NCBI GenBank assembly: GCA_002716355.1
Contig: PBAU01000005.1
Location: 50,425 to 82,424, forward strand
Direction of reading: 5' to 3'
Length of the DNA: 32,000 nt
Source: a bacterium
GTDB taxonomy: Bacteria; UBP7; UBA6624
Part shown: positions 27,832 to 32,000 of the stretch, piece after piece
How positions within the stretch are numbered: the first letter of the stretch is position 1
Layout of the letters: every line of letters begins with the position of its first letter
Made by a program: the position numbers and the translations under genes
The notes under the pieces: model-generated
Databases searched by the model: none
Seen by the model: only the letters and a program-made list of their open reading frames with translations
Told to the model about the DNA's origin: nothing

Positions 27832-30750
27832 TTAACTCCCAAAAACATAAGTTACGACATAATAATCATCAGCAGACAACGGACCATCTAAACTAATGGT
27901 AAATGAAGTTGACTCAACAAATGGATCAACGACTTCCTGCTCTAAGCTTAACAAGTCACCAGCTTGGTTTGACTTGTAAATCCTTACAGCATCAACTTTT
28001 TGCAGGTCATTCAAGCCAGCCCAAAGATCCCTGATTTCAAACGACAATGAATCACTAAGCAACACATCTTCCTTGATTTGGAAATGAACAATTGTGTAAT
28101 TGCTTGTGCCAGGAACAGCCTGCACGGTTTGTAATTCATTCTGCTTAATGATGAAAGGATCGATTGCAACCTGCAAACCATCAGACTCTACAACATTACC
28201 ATCTTGAATAAAATCAAAAGCAACTGCATAAACGCCAGGACTTGTATAACAGTGAGAAACACCTGCTGCAGGCAGTCTATAAACAGTGCCTTCCACAACA
28301 TCAACAGGGATACTGTCACATGTAAAAGAAAAACCTGCTTGCGAAACGACTTGACATGTAGATACACCATTATCGGTAAAGAAAGTCACTGTTTGTCCTG
28401 TAAGACCTGGATCAAAACCACCATTTGAAGGATTATGGTCACTATCAATAACCTCATTACCTATCGGGTTACTGTCAACAACACCTTCTTGCCCAATTGA
28501 GTTTCTCCAGAATAAATCACCAGAAAGAATTTCAATATTTTGCTCTAATGTTATATTGGTAAAACCAACTACACTATCACCGTCTCCAAAATCCCATTCA
28601 TAATTAAATCCAGCCATTCCGGAACCTGGTTTATCAGAGCTAATACTAAAAATTTTCTTAGTTCCAGCACATGAAGAACCATCAGTTGAATTAATGCTGT
28701 TAACAAAAGAAGAGAGAGCATCCTCCTGCTCATGGACAACAACAAAAGTATGCAAATTGTTTTCAAGATCAAAATCACTCTTGTTTGAATTGTTATCTCT
28801 AACGTTTAATGAGGATCTGAATGTTATTTGTCCTGGTATATCAACACCAGCATTAAACAACCTGTCATAATCAACCATTGTCCAATCATCATCACATAAA
28901 TCACCATTTGAATCTTGGAAATTTTCTGGATCATCATCAGAATCTTCGTTCTTACATGGTGGATCTGATATTATCAAATCACCTACCCCACCAGGGCCTG
29001 AATGACCGTCCCATGTAGTTAAAGCTATTTCAGTATCACAGCTTGAATTCAATGAACATGGCCTTGTGTAATTAAATTGCTTTGTCCAAACAGCCAAAAA
29101 TCCCTCAGAATCATCAGGGTCAGAGAAGTTCCATATAAAACTTCTTATCGAACCATCAGTGTCAACAGATTCAGAACCATCGAACCTTACCCATCTTGTA
29201 GATGCATCTGAATCAGATACACTACAATCTGCATCCTCATTGTCAATCTCCCAACTATCATCACTTGAAACAAACCTACTTCTGTAAGGAGCGTCACATG
29301 CTTGATCGGAAGGGAAGTCTAGTAGAACAGGAAGTGGATAGGATGGAACTAATACAAAAGGAGGAGTTGGCATAACTCCGTCATCTCCCTCATTATCAAC
29401 AACTGTCAAAAGTATTGGGAAAGAACCACCTTGAGTGTATTCATGATCAACAACACTGTCATTAACTAATGGACTGCCATCACTGAAGTTCCAAGTCCAA
29501 TCCACAACAATTCCATCAGGATCCAAAGACCCTGAACCATCAAAATTAAAAGTTACCCCATCGTCAATTGACTTAAAGAAATTTAATTCGTTTGGTTCAT
29601 TTAGTATGTTTCCATTTTTATCAGTTTTACAGTTGTCAATACATGTAATATTTATCAAAGGAACAGGATCTTCATTCGCAAAAGGATTCTTGACTTTAAT
29701 CGTTACAGTATCGGTATCAAGACTTGGTGGAACCAAGTCATCACCAACAGTTAACGTTACATCATAGTAACAGTTCCCCTTTTCATCCTGTTGAAGCTCT
29801 GTACAGTTTAAATTGTAAGTATGTGCTATCACAGTTGCACACAATCCATCCAAACATGGAATCAAATCAGTTGTACCATCACCCCAATTCCATTCGTAAA
29901 CAGCTATATAAGTACCTAGTTCACTTGGAGTTGAACTTCCACCATCAAAATTAAATGTTGATTCTGGACCCTCTCCAACAATTTTGTCGCTAACGATAAT
30001 TGCTTCTGAACCACTTGTGTCTCCGCCGCCACCTGGATCATCTGGATCATCCGGATCATCAACTGGCAAACATCCCTCTGGATTGCCACATGGGTATTTA
30101 CCTGAAGCATCAGTGGCATCATGGTGTCCTCGTGGATCATAATGAACACCTGATCCGAAATTATTAAGACCTGGAGGGTCGGGTGGAGTGCTGTAATTCA
30201 TAACAGATTGAAAATCCTCCAAACCTTCAGGTGGACCAAAACCATCAAAAGGATGTGCAAAACCAGCACAGTGACCAAATTCATGAGCAGAAATTGATCT
30301 TACTCTTTCCTGGCTCCAGTTATTGGCTCTATTTTCATGCATTTCAATATCACATTCAACCATTTGCCCTTGTCCATTCCATGTAAACACTGCCCAACCA
30401 GCAGCACCGCCTAAATCATCACAAACTGACCAGTCCCACTGGTTGTTTCCAAAATCTGGACATCTCGGAGCGTCATCAGCAACATAAACACCATCAAGGT
30501 CAGCAGTTTCAATCCACTGCCACCAAGTCATTCCCTCTTGAGATAAAACTTTCCATTCCTCTTGAGTGAAGCTGCTTCCAGAATAATTGGGATTGAAATG
30601 AAACTCTAAAGGACTTGTTGCCTTTACCCCACCACTGCTGTTGTATTCATGAGTGGTTACACTCTGAGGGAACGCGATTGCTATAGCAACAACAATCGGA
30701 AAAATACAAAGAAAGAGAAAATAATTAAACTTAAAATTCTTTTTAGCCAT
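27832..30750 (-). CDS. Secreted metzincin zinc metalloprotease (matrixin/M10-like minimal catalytic domain) followed by about four PKD-like domains and a C-terminal beta-rich domain
   Basis: Has a signal peptide. Contains HEFGHCAGFAH (HExxHxxGxxH, 30253-30285) with a downstream Met-turn candidate SVMNY. PKD signatures: YEWNWGDGT, WTWNFSDGS, FIWNFSD and YEWDFGDGD, with FNFDGSGS-type starts. A PVDDPDDPDDPGGGG linker follows the catalytic domain. Confidence 0.8.
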   Translation of the reverse strand: MAKKNFKFNYFLFLCIFPIVVAIAIAFPQSVTTHEYNSSGGVKATSPLEFHFNPNYSGSSFTQEEWKVLSQEGMTWWQWIETADLDGVYVADDAPRCPDFGNNQWDWSVCDDLGGAAGWAVFTWNGQGQMVECDIEMHENRANNWSQERVRSISAHEFGHCAGFAHPFDGFGPPEGLEDFQSVMNYSTPPDPPGLNNFGSGVHYDPRGHHDATDASGKYPCGNPEGCLPVDDPDDPDDPGGGGDTSGSEAIIVSDKIVGEGPESTFNFDGGSSTPSELGTYIAVYEWNWGDGTTDLIPCLDGLCATVIAHTYNLNCTELQQDEKGNCYYDVTLTVGDDLVPPSLDTDTVTIKVKNPFANEDPVPLINITCIDNCKTDKNGNILNEPNELNFFKSIDDGVTFNFDGSGSLDPDGIVVDWTWNFSDGSPLVNDSVVDHEYTQGGSFPILLTVVDNEGDDGVMPTPPFVLVPSYPLPVLLDFPSDQACDAPYRSRFVSSDDSWEIDNEDADCSVSDSDASTRWVRFDGSESVDTDGSIRSFIWNFSDPDDSEGFLAVWTKQFNYTRPCSLNSSCDTEIALTTWDGHSGPGGVGDLIISDPPCKNEDSDDDPENFQDSNGDLCDDDWTMVDYDRLFNAGVDIPGQITFRSSLNVRDNNSNKSDFDLENNLHTFVVVHEQEDALSSFVNSINSTDGSSCAGTKKIFSISSDKPGSGMAGFNYEWDFGDGDSVVGFTNITLEQNIEILSGDLFWRNSIGQEGVVDSNPIGNEVIDSDHNPSNGGFDPGLTGQTVTFFTDNGVSTCQVVSQAGFSFTCDSIPVDVVEGTVYRLPAAGVSHCYTSPGVYAVAFDFIQDGNVVESDGLQVAIDPFIIKQNELQTVQAVPGTSNYTIVHFQIKEDVLLSDSLSFEIRDLWAGLNDLQKVDAVRIYKSNQAGDLLSLEQEVVDPFVESTSFTISLDGPLSADDYYVVTYVFGS

Positions 30751-31433
30751 TACTCTTCGCCCTCCTCAAAATCGATTCCCCGCAACAGTGAAAGCATATT
30801 TTTTTCCTGGACTAAAAAAGCATCCAAGGTTATAGGAGATCCATCTTGAGCAGTTTCTCCAAAATCAGCGTCAACTGCCATTGTGCCTATCTCCATAATT
30901 TCCAAAGGGCTATCAGTAACCTCTCTAGAAATAAAACCCTTGACAGGGTAAACGCCCTCAAAACCATAAACTCTTGCTACGCCATTATTGTCTGGAATGA
31001 CCCTATAAGCACCATTGCTAAAACCAACAACAGGAACAGCTATGTTTCTAGCATCTCTATTCCATAAATGCAATACATAAACTTCACCTGGGAAAAATTG
31101 AGGGTGACCAGATATCCTGGTTGTTAAACCATCAAAAACACCACCTGGATGATCAATCTCAATGTAAACATTATCCCCAACCTGCTGATATGTAGCAAAA
31201 TTTTCTATATTCTTCATCAAATCCTCTTGAACCTTGATTGTTACATATGTTCTTTTCCAGAATCTTTCAGAAGGATCTATGCGATATTCATAAGAAACAA
31301 CCTCACCTAAAACTGCAAAATCAGTCGCTCTAACTTGCTCTTCCAGGGAAAGATTGCTGAATGTATGAGTGTCTAACCTCAAAACACTTACCAAGAAAAC
31401 TAAACAAAAGATAAAATATTTTTTCATAACCAA
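30750..31433 (-). CDS. Secreted hypothetical protein, first gene of the metzincin cluster
   Basis: Has the signal peptide MVMKKYFIFCLVFLVSVL. Its stop overlaps the metzincin ATG by 1 nt. I recognised no named family (see findings for a speculative OB/TIMP-like pattern). Confidence 0.55.
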   Translation of the reverse strand: MVMKKYFIFCLVFLVSVLRLDTHTFSNLSLEEQVRATDFAVLGEVVSYEYRIDPSERFWKRTYVTIKVQEDLMKNIENFATYQQVGDNVYIEIDHPGGVFDGLTTRISGHPQFFPGEVYVLHLWNRDARNIAVPVVGFSNGAYRVIPDNNGVARVYGFEGVYPVKGFISREVTDSPLEIMEIGTMAVDADFGETAQDGSPITLDAFLVQEKNMLSLLRGIDFEEGEE

Positions 31434-31531
31434 TACTCCTTATTGTTGCTTAAACCTAGAAATTATAAACACAAATTGAAGATATTTGAAGCAATGAAGC
31501 CTCGAAGTATGATTACGCATAATCATAGATT

Positions 31532-32000
31532 ATGAATGAACTCAATTCCTTTTCGATTTTAACCTGGAACCTAACAGCAGCTTGGATGGTTTTCCAAGCT
31601 TACAGAATGGGCTTCAAGCTCATTGAGTATATTGCTGCAATCGGGGTGCTTTCAGTCATACTTGTTGGTTGGGGCCTAAGCACAAATGCCGAAAGGCCTG
31701 AAATTATGCTTTTTGGAGTCCTGGTGAGCACATTGCTTGGAACAGTTGCCCTATTGCTGATTATGAATTATGGGGAATCCAAGAATAGCGGTTTTGGGGC
31801 AATCCACATGACAAGCATAAGGTCTTCAAAATCAGTCAATGCGACATATAGGAAAAACCTGTATGTGAAAAAATCTTTTCAAGTATGGGTAAAAAACAAA
31901 CCCAACCCATTTACAGGCATGCCTGAACATGGTCGTGATCACGAATTTGAAAAATTATGGACAGAAGGTGATGTGGAGGGATGTCGCTTCAGGCTAAACG
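31532..32000 (+). CDS. Hypothetical membrane protein, partial (open at the 3' window edge)
   Basis: The ATG at 31532 opens a frame with no stop through 32000 (156 codons). It starts MNELNSFSILTWNLTAAWMVFQAY, with two more hydrophobic helices (IAAIGVLSVILVGWGL, IMLFGVLVSTLLGTVALLLIM). It is absent from the ORF track, presumably because it is unterminated. It is the only plus-strand gene. Confidence 0.5.
   Translation, partial: MNELNSFSILTWNLTAAWMVFQAYRMGFKLIEYIAAIGVLSVILVGWGLSTNAERPEIMLFGVLVSTLLGTVALLLIMNYGESKNSGFGAIHMTSIRSSKSVNATYRKNLYVKKSFQVWVKNKPNPFTGMPEHGRDHEFEKLWTEGDVEGCRFRLN

Noticed and set aside
27832-28100. Possible T9SS-type C-terminal sorting domain at the end of the metzincin-PKD protein (…DDYYVVTYVFGS)
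   Set aside because: There is only a vague beta-rich resemblance. I cannot identify the conserved CTD motifs by eye, and I see no T9SS genes in the window. It is left as an unassigned C-terminal domain.
30454-30468. PRCPD in the metzincin, resembling the MMP propeptide cysteine switch PRCGxPD
   Set aside because: It lies at residues 95-99, only about 60 residues before HExxH and inside what aligns as the catalytic domain itself. No separate propeptide of the expected length precedes it. The resemblance is probably coincidental.

Overview
AT-rich bacterial chromosomal window, probably from a diderm with a streamlined genome. This is judged from lipoprotein signal peptides, BON and TolB-like PD40 proteins, a putative outer-membrane protein, and very short or overlapping gene junctions. 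Thirty-four consecutive genes occupy the minus strand (1-31433). A 98-bp divergent intergenic region follows, then one plus-strand ORF that runs off the window end. In transcription order (high to low coordinates) the minus-strand genes are as follows. (1) A four-gene secreted module: 227-aa secreted protein, 972-aa metzincin with PKD domains, 72-aa Gly-rich lipoprotein, and 514-aa PD40 beta-propeller. (2) groES-groEL, followed by a GC-rich terminator hairpin. (3) An envelope module: 469-aa polytopic membrane protein, BON lipoprotein, three tandem HtrA/DegP paralogues, and a small lipoprotein. (4) eno and an Rmd/GMD-like SDR. (5) A complete F1Fo operon, atpZ-like, atpI-like, atpB-E-F-H-A-G-D-C. 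(6) murA, yvcK-like, gap, pgk, tpiA and a SEDS (RodA/FtsW) protein. (7) A secreted beta-rich protein, a long-form sugar-1-phosphate nucleotidyltransferase and the first 18 codons of an SDR epimerase. I saw no rRNA, tRNA, CRISPR array or mobile element. The best candidate for something undescribed is the HtrA triplet. Only the middle paralogue keeps the His-Asp-Ser triad. Both flanking paralogues are intact, exported and PDZ-bearing, but have lost both His and Ser. The genes are linked by 4-nt overlaps, and the active paralogue carries a perfect EF-hand loop in its PDZ region. Secondary oddities lie in the ATP synthase: a (HHGDD)n tract from a 15-nt tandem repeat in subunit a, AxAxAxS replacing GxGxGxG in subunit c, and a perfect 42-nt intragenic direct repeat in epsilon. 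All functional calls rest on motif recognition by eye; no database search was run.
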